A stretch of DNA of 64,000 nucleotides. Origin: Escherichia coli. GTDB lineage: Bacteria > Pseudomonadota > Gammaproteobacteria > Enterobacterales > Enterobacteriaceae. Each line of letters begins with the position of its first letter. Position 1 is the stretch's first letter. Below the pieces are notes generated by a model. The model did not search any database, was not told the origin of the DNA, and saw only the letters and a program-made list of their open reading frames with translations. Shown piece after piece: positions 12,851 to 32,898 of the stretch. The translations under genes were made by a program, and so were the position numbers. Where the stretch lies: NCBI RefSeq assembly GCF_003334315.1, contig NZ_QOWR01000001.1. The stretch is one strand, 5' to 3'.

Positions 12851-14935
12851 CTACTTCTTCTTCGCTGCAGCTCTGCGGCGTCTGTCCAAATCCTTCAGCA
12901 ACTTGTTCACGCCATCATCGGCAAACATCGACTCAAGCGTTGCGGAAAGCTTGCGTCGCCAGTTTTTATACTGGTAACTGGTGCCAGGAATATTCACCGG
13001 TTCGGCCATATCCAGCCAGTCTTCCGGCTGTAGTCCTAACAGAGCACTGTTACTGTCGGCAATGTAGCGCTGCAAACCTCGATTAAGCGTCGGCGTCATC
13101 GACATCAACGATGCCTTATGCCCGGCACGTTTTGGCAGGCAACCATATTTATGCAGAGCATCCAGCAGTCCTTGTTTCGCCAGTTCACGATCCTGATACA
13201 GACCGCGCAGTACCACTTCATCCGGATACAGCCCCAGGGTTTTGCCCAGCGTTAGATCCCCGCTCTCCCAGTAGCCGCGTAGCGTAGGCAGGTCATGTGT
13301 CGCCGCAACCGCCATCGACTGCTCCGGATACGCTTTCGGTGCACGGAACGTCTTCTCGTGGTCGTTTTCGAAATAGAGCACTTTGTAGGAGTACACACCG
13401 CTGCTGCGCAGCTTACCGACAATCTCTACCGGTACGGTACCGAGATCTTCACCAATCACCATACAGCGATGACGTTTACTTTCGAGTGCCAGAATCGAGA
13501 GCAGATCATCCACCGGATAGTGAACATACGCGCCCTGATCTGCCGTCTCGCCATACGGTATCCACCACAAACGCAGCATCGACATCACATGGTCAATTCG
13601 TAATGCGCCGCAGTTTTGCATATTGGCACGCAACAGCTCGATAAACGGTTCATAGGCACGCGCGGTGATGATATGCGGGTCCATTGGCGGTAATCCCCAG
13701 TTCTGCCCCAACGGGCCGAGGATATCCGGCGGCGCGCCAACCGACGCTTTCAGGCAATATAGTTCACGGTCACACCAGGTTTCCGCCCCACCTTCCGCTA
13801 CGCCAACCGCCAGATCACGATACAAGCCAATCGGCATTTCATAGCCCTGGCTTATCTCCCAGCAGGCGGCAAACTGGCTGTAAGCCAGCCACTGCAACCA
13901 GAGATAAAAATCGACGTCATCACGATGTTCTTCGCAGAACTGACGCACTTCTGGTGAATCCACGTTCTGATACATCTCTGGCCATGCAGGCCAGCCCCAG
14001 CGCATTTCGTCCTCTTTCACTTGCTGGGCATGTAGCGCATCAAAGGCTGCCTGCCAGAACAGGCTGTCGCCCTGCTCTGCAACAAACTGGCGAAACGCGG
14101 TCATCTGCTCATCATCACGTTGCGCGAAACCTTTCCACGCCATTCGTAATGCTGTCATTTTTAGGGCGGTAACCGTGGAGTAATCGACCCAGTCGGCATC
14201 GCGCGCCTGTTGCAGCGTCTGTTGCGTGGTCGGCAACTGCCACCAGGCCTGAGCCTCTTCGCTAAGATGGAAATCTTCAACGGCGTTAACGTCGATATAA
14301 ATCACATTCAGCCAACGGCGAGAAGACGGGCTGTATGGGCTGGCACTCTCCGGATTTGCCGGATAGAGCGCATGAATCGGGTTCAGGCCGATGAACGACC
14401 CGCCACGTTTTGCCACATCCACCAGCATCGCTTTGAGATCGCCAAAATCCCCAATACCCCAGTTTTTTTCCGATCGCAGCGTATAAAGCTGAACGCAGGC
14501 ACCCCACAGCTTTTGTTTATTCAGCAACGCCTGCGGTTCGTAACAGCGTTTCGGGGCGACAATCACCCGGCAATGCGCGCGCTGGTCGTCCTGGGTGAGT
14601 GTCAGCGTGTGATAACCTTCCGGCAGCTTCGTCGGTAGATTGAACGCTTTGCCCCCAGTTACATGGCCTTTGTACTGCGTTCCTTCTTCGGTGGTCAGCA
14701 GCCAGCTATATTCGCCGCTGCCCTCCACCACCATCGGCATTTTTTTGCCGCTGGTATAAACCATGACATTCGGGACTGGCGTTACCGCCACTTTCGTGGC
14801 GGTACGTTGATGCATCGCGTCAAGCAAACGCCGTTTGGTTTCGGCGCTAATCGACTGCGGTTTACCGTGGGCATTGATGTAATTGGGGCTAATCCCCGCC
14901 GCCAGCGCGGCATTATCCAGACGTTTGCTTTCCAT
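12851..14935 (-). CDS. malQ: 4-alpha-glucanotransferase (amylomaltase) MalQ
   Basis: 694-aa ORF MESKRLDNAALAAGISPNYINAHGKPQ... Confidence 0.96.
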   Translation of the reverse strand: MESKRLDNAALAAGISPNYINAHGKPQSISAETKRRLLDAMHQRTATKVAVTPVPNVMVYTSGKKMPMVVEGSGEYSWLLTTEEGTQYKGHVTGGKAFNLPTKLPEGYHTLTLTQDDQRAHCRVIVAPKRCYEPQALLNKQKLWGACVQLYTLRSEKNWGIGDFGDLKAMLVDVAKRGGSFIGLNPIHALYPANPESASPYSPSSRRWLNVIYIDVNAVEDFHLSEEAQAWWQLPTTQQTLQQARDADWVDYSTVTALKMTALRMAWKGFAQRDDEQMTAFRQFVAEQGDSLFWQAAFDALHAQQVKEDEMRWGWPAWPEMYQNVDSPEVRQFCEEHRDDVDFYLWLQWLAYSQFAACWEISQGYEMPIGLYRDLAVGVAEGGAETWCDRELYCLKASVGAPPDILGPLGQNWGLPPMDPHIITARAYEPFIELLRANMQNCGALRIDHVMSMLRLWWIPYGETADQGAYVHYPVDDLLSILALESKRHRCMVIGEDLGTVPVEIVGKLRSSGVYSYKVLYFENDHEKTFRAPKAYPEQSMAVAATHDLPTLRGYWESGDLTLGKTLGLYPDEVVLRGLYQDRELAKQGLLDALHKYGCLPKRAGHKASLMSMTPTLNRGLQRYIADSNSALLGLQPEDWLDMAEPVNIPGTSYQYKNWRRKLSATLESMFADDGVNKLLKDLDRRRRAAAKKK

Positions 14936-14944
14936 CGAGCTTCC

Positions 14945-17362
<2,418 letters not shown>

Positions 17363-17404
17363 TCAACACAACGTTATCGCTAGTTTGCCAGGCTCGATGT
17401 TGAC

Positions 17405-17455
17405 CTTCCTCATCCTGCGGGGGATTAGGCAGGGAGGAGTTGCGGGGATGAGCAA
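17405..17455 (-). promoter_or_regulatory. MalT boxes of malPQ promoter
   Basis: GGATGA hexamers on both strands (TCATCC near 17410, GGATGA near 17446) upstream of malP. Confidence 0.55.
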
Positions 17456-17810
17456 GGAAATGTGATCTCAACCACTTAAAGCTAGTGCAAACCACAGGAT
17501 TAGCATCAAATCAATGCAATACAGCGCAGAAAATCTGTATCTAAGTGCAAAAAATGGCCGTTGCGTATTTTCAAAAAGCGGAAGGTAACTCTATAAATTA
17601 AGTAAAGGAGTGAAACAGTTTCATAAGTAAAATATCCAGTGTGCTCCATCTCATTCTTAATAGATTTATTAAGATCATCTTTTTAGATGGCACTTTCATC
17701 AGGAATGAAGAAGAAACCCTTGCTTAAATGAATCTGATGAACATAAGGGAAACCAGTATTCACGCTGGATCAGCGTCGTTTTAGGTGAGTTGTTAATAAA
17801 GATTTGGAAT

Positions 17811-17832
17811 TGTGACACAGTGCAAATTCAGA
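17811..17832 (+). promoter_or_regulatory. CRP-like site in malT promoter region
   Basis: TGTGACACAGTGCAAATTCAGA, TGTGA half-site about 120 nt upstream of malT. Confidence 0.45.
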
Positions 17833-17943
17833 CACATAAAAAAACGTCATCGCTTGCATTAGAAAGGTTTCTGGCCGACCTTATAACCATTAATTACGAA
17901 GCGCAAAAAAAATAATATTTCCTCATTTTCCACAGTGAAGTGA

Positions 17944-20655
<2,712 letters not shown>

Positions 20656-20659
20656 GTTT

Positions 20660-20685
20660 AGCCGGATAACGCGCCAGATCCGGCT
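20660..20685. terminator. Hairpin in malT-rtcA convergent gap
   Basis: AGCCGGAT-AACGCGCCAG-ATCCGGCT inverted repeat between two convergent stops; no strong T-run. Confidence 0.4.
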
Positions 20686-20697
20686 TACATCTCTGCA

Positions 20698-21717
<1,020 letters not shown>

Positions 21718-22944
21718 TTATCCTTTTACGCACACCACCTGACGCAGGGTATAGATAACTTCCACCAGATCGCTTTGTGCCGCCATCACCGCATCAATAT
21801 CTTTATACGCCATCGGGATTTCGTCGATCACTTCGGCATCTTTACGGCATTCCACATGCGCGGTGGCACGAATTTGATCTTCCACGCTGAACAGTTTTTT
21901 CGCTTTAGTTCGGCTCATTACCCGCCCGGCACCGTGGCTGCACGAACAGAACGACTCTTCATTTCCCAGCCCACGGACGATAAAGCTTTTTGCTCCCATC
22001 GAACCGGGAATAATTCCATATTGACCAGCACGCGCAGACACCGCGCCTTTACGCGTCACGTAGATCTCTTCACCAAAGTGCTGTTCTTTTTGCACATAGT
22101 TGTGGTGACAGTTGATCTCTTCCATCGCCAGCGTTTGTGGCTGTCTGACCGTTTTCTGCGTAATGCTCTGCAATGCCGTTACCACGTTTTCCATCATCGC
22201 ATCGCGGTTAAGGCTGGCAAAAAGCTGCGCCCAGGCCACGGCTTTCAGGTAATCATCAAAGTATTCCGTACCTTCCATAAAGTACGCCAGATCACGCGAC
22301 GGCAACGTCTCAAGCGTTTCCTGCATCTCTTTTTGTGCCAGATCGATAAAGTAAGTCCCGATGGCGTTACCAATTCCGCGTGAACCGGAGTGCAGCATAA
22401 TCCACACCTGGTCCGACTCATCAAGGCAGATTTCAATAAAGTGGTTACCGGTTCCCAGCGTTCCCAGGTGTTTATAGTTATTGGTATTCAGGAAACGGGG
22501 ATATTTTTGCGTTAACCACTGATAACCGGCTTCAAGCTCAGCCCATTTAGCATCGACGTTAACAGGTGGATTTTCCCAGGCACCTTTATCACGTTTACAA
22601 CGGCCAGTGGTACGCCCGTGCGGCACGGCCGTTTCAATCGCCTGACGCAGCTCTGCCAGGTTTTCAGGCAGGTCTTCCGCCGTTAACGCGGTACGCAGCG
22701 CGTTCATTCCACAGCCAATATCCACGCCCACCGCCGCCGGAATAATCGCCCCTTTGGTCGGGATCACGCTACCAATGGTGGAACCTTTACCCAGGTGTAC
22801 ATCAGGCATTACCGCAATATGTTTGAAAATAAACGGCATCTTCGCCGTATTAATAAGTTGCTGACGCGCATCGGCCTCTACCGGCACGCCTTTGGTCCAC
22901 ATTTTTACCGGGGCATTTTCAGTGGTCAGTAATTCGTAATTCAT
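21718..22944 (-). CDS. rtcB: RNA-splicing ligase RtcB
   Basis: 408-aa ORF MNYELLTTENAPVKMWTKGVPVEADARQQL... Confidence 0.95.
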   Translation of the reverse strand: MNYELLTTENAPVKMWTKGVPVEADARQQLINTAKMPFIFKHIAVMPDVHLGKGSTIGSVIPTKGAIIPAAVGVDIGCGMNALRTALTAEDLPENLAELRQAIETAVPHGRTTGRCKRDKGAWENPPVNVDAKWAELEAGYQWLTQKYPRFLNTNNYKHLGTLGTGNHFIEICLDESDQVWIMLHSGSRGIGNAIGTYFIDLAQKEMQETLETLPSRDLAYFMEGTEYFDDYLKAVAWAQLFASLNRDAMMENVVTALQSITQKTVRQPQTLAMEEINCHHNYVQKEQHFGEEIYVTRKGAVSARAGQYGIIPGSMGAKSFIVRGLGNEESFCSCSHGAGRVMSRTKAKKLFSVEDQIRATAHVECRKDAEVIDEIPMAYKDIDAVMAAQSDLVEVIYTLRQVVCVKG

Positions 22945-22982
22945 TTTGTTTTTCTCTTTTCGTTGTTTGCTGTCCTGATAAT

Positions 22983-22998
22983 TGCAACCGTCGTGCCA
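22983..22998 (-). promoter_or_regulatory. Sigma-54 (-24/-12) promoter for rtcBA
   Basis: Minus strand reads CTGGCACGACGGTTGCAA = TGGCAC-N5-TTGCA, about 40 nt upstream of the rtcB start; flanked by AT-rich IHF-like tract. Confidence 0.8.
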
Positions 22999-23132
22999 GA
23001 AAATTAAATAAGCAGCTTAATTTTTTAATTCATTGTTTTAAAAAAGATTATATCTTTACGTCCGTAACCGGAGATTTCCCGCAAAGCCAATTTACCGATA
23101 ATGAAATATCGTCTTTTATAAGGATATCTAAG

Positions 23133-24731
23133 ATGCGTAAAACAGTGGCTTTTGGCTTTGTCGGTACCGTACTGGATTATGCCGGGCGCGGCAGTCAGCG
23201 CTGGTCAAAATGGCGTCCGACACTCTGTTTATGCCAGCAAGAATCGTTGGTCATCGATCGACTGGAATTGTTGCACGACGCCCGCTCGCGCTCGCTATTT
23301 GAAACGCTTAAACGCGATATCGCCAGCGTTTCGCCAGAAACAGAAGTGGTGAGCGTTGAGATTGAACTGCATAACCCGTGGGATTTCGAAGAGGTCTACG
23401 CCTGCCTGCATGATTTCGCCCGTGGTTACGAGTTTCAGCCAGAAAAAGAAGACTATTTAATTCACATCACCACCGGTACCCACGTCGCGCAGATTTGCTG
23501 GTTTCTGCTGGCAGAAGCGCGTTACCTGCCCGCCCGGCTGATACAATCTTCACCTCCGCGCAAAAAAGAACAGCCGCGCGGCCCAGGTGAAGTAACGATT
23601 ATCGATCTCGATTTAAGCCGTTATAACGCCATCGCCAGCCGCTTTGCCGAGGAACGCCAGCAAACGCTTGATTTTCTTAAGTCCGGCATTGCCACGCGTA
23701 ACCCCCACTTCAACCGCATGATTGAGCAGATCGAAAAAGTGGCGATCAAATCCCGCGCGCCGATTCTGCTTAACGGTCCAACCGGCGCGGGCAAGTCATT
23801 TCTGGCGCGACGCATCTTCGAGTTAAAACAGGCGCGGCATCAGTTTAGCGGCGCGTTTGTGGAAGTGAACTGCGCCACCCTGCGCGGCGATACCGCCATG
23901 TCGACGCTGTTTGGTCATGTAAAAGGCGCGTTTACCGGGGCGCGGGAATCTCGTGAAGGTTTATTACGCAGCGCCAACGGCGGAATGTTGTTTCTTGATG
24001 AGATTGGCGAACTGGGCGCAGACGAACAAGCAATGCTGCTAAAAGCCATTGAAGAGAAAACCTTTTACCCGTTTGGCAGCGATCGCCAGGTGAGCAGTGA
24101 TTTTCAGCTTATCGCCGGAACGGTGCGCGATTTGCGCCAGCTGGTTGCCGAAGGCAAATTCCGCGAAGATCTGTACGCGCGGATCAATCTCTGGACCTTC
24201 ACCCTGCCGGGGCTACGCCAGCGCCAGGAAGATATTGAACCTAACCTGGATTATGAAGTGGAGCGCCACGCCTCACTCACCGGCGACAGCGTGCGTTTTA
24301 ACACCGAAGCGCGGCGTGCCTGGTTGGCTTTTGCGACCTCTCCCCAGGCAACATGGCGCGGTAACTTTCGCGAACTTTCTGCCAGCGTCACGCGGATGGC
24401 CACCTTTGCCACTAGCGGACGCATCACTCTGGACGTGGTTGAAGATGAGATAAACCGTCTGCGCTATAACTGGCAGGAGAGCCGCCCCTCCGCGCTTACG
24501 GCGTTGCTGGGCGCAGAGGCAGAAAACATCGATCTCTTCGACCGTATGCAACTGGAACACGTTATCGCTATCTGCCGCCAGGCAAAGTCGCTTTCCGCAG
24601 CCGGACGCCAGCTTTTTGACGTTTCGCGCCAGGGCAAAGCCAGCGTCAATGACGCGGATCGGCTACGCAAATACCTGGCGCGTTTTGGTCTGACGTGGGA
24701 AGCCGTGCAGGATCAGCACAGCTCCAGTTGA
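23133..24731 (+). CDS. rtcR: Sigma-54-dependent transcriptional activator RtcR (N-terminal CARF-type sensor, AAA+ core)
   Basis: 532-aa ORF; AAA+ Walker A GPTGAGKS and GAFTGA motif (HVKGAFTGA); divergent from rtcBA. Confidence 0.93.
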   Translation: MRKTVAFGFVGTVLDYAGRGSQRWSKWRPTLCLCQQESLVIDRLELLHDARSRSLFETLKRDIASVSPETEVVSVEIELHNPWDFEEVYACLHDFARGYEFQPEKEDYLIHITTGTHVAQICWFLLAEARYLPARLIQSSPPRKKEQPRGPGEVTIIDLDLSRYNAIASRFAEERQQTLDFLKSGIATRNPHFNRMIEQIEKVAIKSRAPILLNGPTGAGKSFLARRIFELKQARHQFSGAFVEVNCATLRGDTAMSTLFGHVKGAFTGARESREGLLRSANGGMLFLDEIGELGADEQAMLLKAIEEKTFYPFGSDRQVSSDFQLIAGTVRDLRQLVAEGKFREDLYARINLWTFTLPGLRQRQEDIEPNLDYEVERHASLTGDSVRFNTEARRAWLAFATSPQATWRGNFRELSASVTRMATFATSGRITLDVVEDEINRLRYNWQESRPSALTALLGAEAENIDLFDRMQLEHVIAICRQAKSLSAAGRQLFDVSRQGKASVNDADRLRKYLARFGLTWEAVQDQHSSS

Positions 24732-25471
24732 ATATGGTGGTCCGTCAGCACCTGCATCACGCTTACTGGCGGCGGGGCGTCGGTGTAGACGGCATCTACC
24801 ATGCTGATGCTGCCCATATTGACCATCGCGTTACGGCCAAATTTCGAGTGATCGACAACCAGCATAACGTGGCGCGAGTTCTCAATAATGGCGCGTTTGG
24901 TGCGAACTTCGTGGTAATCGAACTCCAGCAGCGAGCCGTCGCTATCGATGCCGCTTATCCCCAGAATGCCGAAATCAAGGCGGAACTGGGAGATAAAATC
25001 GAGCGTCGCTTCGCCAATGATCCCGCCATCGCGGCTGCGTAATTCGCCACCGGCGAGAATAATGCGGAAATCTTCTTTTACCATCAACGTGTTAGCAACA
25101 TTGAGATTGTTGGTGACAATACGCAAATTGCTGTGATTAAGCAGCGCGTGCGCCACCGCTTCCGGCGTGGTGCCGATATCGATAAACAGTGTCGAGCCAT
25201 TGGGGATTTGCTCCGCCACTTTGCGGGCAATCCTCTCTTTTTCTTCGGTCTGGGTGGCTTTACGATCGTGCCACGGCGTGTTAACCGAACTGGAAGGCAG
25301 CGCCGCACCGCCATGGTGACGCAGGATCAGGTTTTGCTCCGCCAGCTCATTGAGGTCGCGGCGAATAGTCTGCGGGCTGACGGAGAAATGCTCTACCAGC
25401 TCTTCAGTACTGACATAACCCTGCTGTTTAACCAGTTCGATAATACCGTTGTGACGTTGTGTTTGTTTCAT
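24713..25471 (-). CDS. glpR: DeoR-family glycerol-3-phosphate repressor GlpR
   Basis: 252-aa ORF MKQTQRHNGIIELVKQQGYVSTEELVEHF...; 3' end overlaps rtcR 3' end. Confidence 0.95.
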   Translation of the reverse strand: MKQTQRHNGIIELVKQQGYVSTEELVEHFSVSPQTIRRDLNELAEQNLILRHHGGAALPSSSVNTPWHDRKATQTEEKERIARKVAEQIPNGSTLFIDIGTTPEAVAHALLNHSNLRIVTNNLNVANTLMVKEDFRIILAGGELRSRDGGIIGEATLDFISQFRLDFGILGISGIDSDGSLLEFDYHEVRTKRAIIENSRHVMLVVDHSKFGRNAMVNMGSISMVDAVYTDAPPPVSVMQVLTDHHIQLELC

Positions 25472-25487
25472 TTATAAATCCCTGGAA

Positions 25488-26330
<843 letters not shown>

Positions 26331-26362
26331 TTATTCCACACAAAAGGGGACAGTATAAAGCG

Positions 26363-26767
<405 letters not shown>

Positions 26768-26827
26768 TTATACATATCACTCTAAAATGTTTTTTCAATG
26801 TTACCTAAAGCGCGATTCTTTGCTAAT

Positions 26828-26845
26828 ATGTTCGATAACGAACAT
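26828..26845. promoter_or_regulatory. GlpR operator (perfect palindrome) in glpE-glpD divergent region
   Basis: ATGTTCGATAACGAACAT read directly, about 35 nt upstream of the glpD start. Confidence 0.75.
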
Positions 26846-26878
26846 TTATGAGCTTTAACGAAAGTGAATGAGGGCAGC

Positions 26879-28384
26879 ATGGAAACCAAAGATCTGATTG
26901 TGATAGGGGGCGGCATCAATGGTGCTGGTATCGCGGCAGACGCCGCTGGACGCGGTTTATCCGTGCTGATGCTGGAGGCGCAGGATCTCGCTTGCGCGAC
27001 CTCTTCCGCCAGTTCAAAACTCATTCACGGTGGCCTGCGCTACCTTGAGCACTATGAATTCCGCCTGGTCAGCGAGGCGCTGGCTGAACGTGAAGTGCTG
27101 CTGAAAATGGCCCCGCATATCGCCTTCCCGATGCGTTTTCGCCTGCCACATCGTCCGCATCTGCGCCCGGCGTGGATGATTCGCATTGGTCTGTTTATGT
27201 ACGATCATCTGGGTAAACGCACCAGCTTGCCGGGATCAACTGGTTTGCGTTTTGGCGCAAATTCAGTGTTAAAACCGGAAATTAAGCGCGGATTCGAATA
27301 TTCTGACTGTTGGGTAGACGACGCCCGTCTGGTACTCGCCAACGCCCAGATGGTGGTGCGTAAAGGCGGCGAAGTGCTTACTCGGACTCGCGCCACCTCT
27401 GCTCGCCGCGAAAACGGCCTGTGGATTGTGGAAGCGGAAGATATCGATACCGGCAAAAAATATAGCTGGCAAGCGCGCGGCCTGGTTAACGCCACCGGCC
27501 CGTGGGTGAAACAGTTCTTCGACGACGGGATGCATCTGCCTTCGCCTTATGGCATTCGCCTGATCAAAGGCAGCCATATTGTGGTGCCGCGCGTGCATAC
27601 CCAAAAGCAGGCCTACATTCTGCAAAACGAAGATAAACGCATTGTGTTCGTGATCCCGTGGATGGACGAGTTTTCCATCATCGGCACCACCGATGTGGAA
27701 TACAAAGGTGATCCGAAAGCAGTGAAGATTGAAGAGAGTGAAATCAATTACCTGCTGAAAGTGTATAACGCGCACTTTAAAAAACAGCTTAGCCGTGACG
27801 ATATCGTCTGGACCTACTCCGGTGTGCGTCCGCTGTGTGATGATGAGTCCGACTCGCCGCAGGCTATTACCCGTGATTACACCCTTGATATCCATGATGA
27901 AAACGGCAAAGCACCGCTGCTGTCGGTATTCGGCGGTAAGCTGACCACCTACCGAAAACTGGCAGAACATGCGCTGGAAAAACTGACGCCGTATTATCAG
28001 GGTATTGGCCCGGCGTGGACGAAAGAGAGCGTGCTGCCGGGTGGTGCCATTGAAGGCGACCGCGACGATTACGCCGCTCGCCTGCGCCGCCGTTACCCGT
28101 TCCTGACTGAATCGCTGGCACGTCACTACGCGCGCACTTACGGCAGCAACAGCGAGCTGCTGCTCGGCAATGCGGGAACGGTAAGCGATCTCGGGGAAGA
28201 TTTCGGTCATGAGTTCTACGAAGCGGAACTGAAATACCTGGTGGATCACGAATGGGTCCGCCGCACCGACGATGCCCTGTGGCGTCGCACAAAACAAGGC
28301 ATGTGGCTAAATGCGGATCAACAATCTCGTGTGAGTCAGTGGCTGGTGGAGTATACGCAGCAGAGGTTATCGCTGGCGTCGTAA
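26879..28384 (+). CDS. glpD: Aerobic glycerol-3-phosphate dehydrogenase GlpD
   Basis: Track ORF 26864..28384; recognised start METKDLIVIGGGINGAGIAADAAGRG (FAD-binding GxGxxG). Confidence 0.95.
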   Translation: METKDLIVIGGGINGAGIAADAAGRGLSVLMLEAQDLACATSSASSKLIHGGLRYLEHYEFRLVSEALAEREVLLKMAPHIAFPMRFRLPHRPHLRPAWMIRIGLFMYDHLGKRTSLPGSTGLRFGANSVLKPEIKRGFEYSDCWVDDARLVLANAQMVVRKGGEVLTRTRATSARRENGLWIVEAEDIDTGKKYSWQARGLVNATGPWVKQFFDDGMHLPSPYGIRLIKGSHIVVPRVHTQKQAYILQNEDKRIVFVIPWMDEFSIIGTTDVEYKGDPKAVKIEESEINYLLKVYNAHFKKQLSRDDIVWTYSGVRPLCDDESDSPQAITRDYTLDIHDENGKAPLLSVFGGKLTTYRKLAEHALEKLTPYYQGIGPAWTKESVLPGGAIEGDRDDYAARLRRRYPFLTESLARHYARTYGSNSELLLGNAGTVSDLGEDFGHEFYEAELKYLVDHEWVRRTDDALWRRTKQGMWLNADQQSRVSQWLVEYTQQRLSLAS

Positions 28385-28447
28385 ATTAACGTAAGGTGAT
28401 CAGGTCAGATTTCAATCTGGCCTGAGACTGATGACAAACACAAAACT

Positions 28448-28546
28448 GCCTGATGCGCTACGCTTATCAGGCCTACGTGGTTTATGCAATATATTGAATT
28501 TGCATGGTCTTGTAGGCCAGATAAGACGTTCACGTCGCATCCGGCA
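28448..28546. repeat. BIME (two REP units flanking an IHF-like palindrome) between glpD and yzgL
   Basis: GCCTGATGCGCTACGCTTATCAGGCCTAC ... ATGCAATATATTGAATTTGCAT ... GTAGGCCAGATAAGACGTTCACGTCGCATCCGGCA. Confidence 0.85.
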
Positions 28547-28589
28547 TGAACAAAGCGCACTTTGTCAAAAATCTAACCTACTTTTTAAT

Positions 28590-28883
28590 TCAGGGAATTA
28601 CCGCAAAGCCCACGCCATCATACCCAACGTAACAAAACTCAGGCACGTTCCCCACTCGCCCCGAGAAAAATAGCATTAATGCGCCCAGCGCCAGCATAAA
28701 AATTTTGAGCAGAAGGTAAATTGTTGGCGTGATAAGGATATTACAAACTTCAATAATACCGGCAAGTCCGACACCCAGCATGGCAATAACCACCGCCAAA
28801 AATTGCGCCAGTATGGGGATGCCGAAAAAAGTCATTACCAGCGAGGTCAAAATCCATTTTCTGTTTTGCATTATTCTTTCCAT
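28590..28883 (-). CDS. yzgL: Small hydrophobic ORF (YzgL-like), possibly non-functional
   Basis: 97-aa ORF in glpD-glgP gap; strongly hydrophobic; weak coding confidence. Confidence 0.4.
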   Translation of the reverse strand: MERIMQNRKWILTSLVMTFFGIPILAQFLAVVIAMLGVGLAGIIEVCNILITPTIYLLLKIFMLALGALMLFFSGRVGNVPEFCYVGYDGVGFAVIP

Positions 28884-28998
28884 TCTTTTTGAATGGTGAA
28901 ATTATACTCCCCGAGTCCCCTTGCCCCTTCTGGACACTTTTCCGAAATGATGGCGAAAAAAACGGGACCCTTTGGCCCCGTTCTATTTATTAGTGAAA

Positions 28999-31464
<2,466 letters not shown>

Positions 31465-32898
31465 CTATTTCAAGCGATAGTAAAGCTCACGGTACGACTT
31501 CGCCGCGACCTGCCAGCTAAAATCCATTGCCATAGCCTGACGTTGCACAAACCGCCACAGTGAAGGACGGGACCACAGTACAAAAGCACGCCGAATAGCC
31601 CGTAACAGCGACCAGGCATTACTATCTTCAAAGACAAACCCACTGGCGACGCCATCTGCAAGGTTCTCAAGAGAACAGTCAGAAACCGTATCAGCAAGCC
31701 CACCGGTGCGCCGCACTAACGGCAGCGTACCGTACTTCAATCCATAAAGTTGCGTTAAGCCGCACGGTTCAAAACGGCTGGGCACCAGAATGACGTCCGC
31801 GCCGCCCATAATGCGATGCGAAAATGCTTCGTGATAGCCAATCTGAACGCCCACCTGACCGGGGTATTCCGCTGCCGCCGCAAGGAAACCTTCCTGCAGC
31901 ACCGGATCGCCCGCGCCGAGTAGCGCCAGCTGCCCGCCCTGCTCCAGAAGGCCCGGTAAGGCTTCCAGCACCAGGTCGAGACCTTTCTGGCTGGTCAGAC
32001 GGCTCACCACTGCAAAAAGCGGCACTTTATCGTCAACCTTAAGCCCCATTGCGATTTGTAACTGGCGCTTATTTTCCGCTTTATCTTCCAACGTATCGCG
32101 GGTGTAACGCGAGGCCAACAGTAAGTCCGTCTCAGGACTCCAGATTTTCTCGTCCACGCCGTTCAGTACGCCGGAAAGACGCCCTTCACGGTGACGCTGT
32201 TGCAACAGACCTTCCATACCGTAGGCAAACTGCGGTTCGGTGATCTCGCGAGCGTAGGTTGGACTGACCGCCGTAATGTGATCGGCATAGTACAGACCGG
32301 CCTTCAGGAAAGAGATTTGTCCGTTGAATTCCAGCCCATGAATATTAAAGAATGACCATGGCAATTGGATGTCATTCATGTGATGTGCATAAAACATGCC
32401 TTGATAGGCCAAGTTGTGCACAGTAAACACCGACTTCGCCGGACGCCCGCGCGCCGCCAGATACGCAGGCGCAAGGCCTGCATGCCAGTCGTGCGCATGC
32501 ACCACATCAGGACGCCAGAATGGGTCAAGCCCGCTGGCCATTTCTGCCCCAACCCACCCCAGCAGCGCAAAACGCAATACGTTGTCGGTATAGGCAAATA
32601 AGTTGGTATCGTGATACGGGCTTCCCGGACGATCATAGAGATGCGGCGCGTCAATCAGGTATATGCCAACCCCGTTGTAATGACCGAACAACAGCGTGAT
32701 ATGTCCGGCGAAGGTATCACGACGGGATACTACCTGCGCATCGGTCACGCCACGGCGAATATCGGGAAATGCAGGCAACAGTACGCGAGCGTCAACGCCG
32801 TCTGCGATTTGTGCTGCGGGTAATGCCCCAATAACATCAGCCAGACCGCCGGTTTTAAGCAGCGGGAACATCTCTGAACATACATGTAAAACCTGCAT
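31465..32898 (-). CDS. glgA: Glycogen synthase GlgA
   Basis: 477-aa [30 protein letters not shown]... Confidence 0.96.

Noticed and set aside
27269-28297. 342-aa ORF on the minus strand inside glpD
   Set aside because: Antisense to glpD; no independent coding signal.
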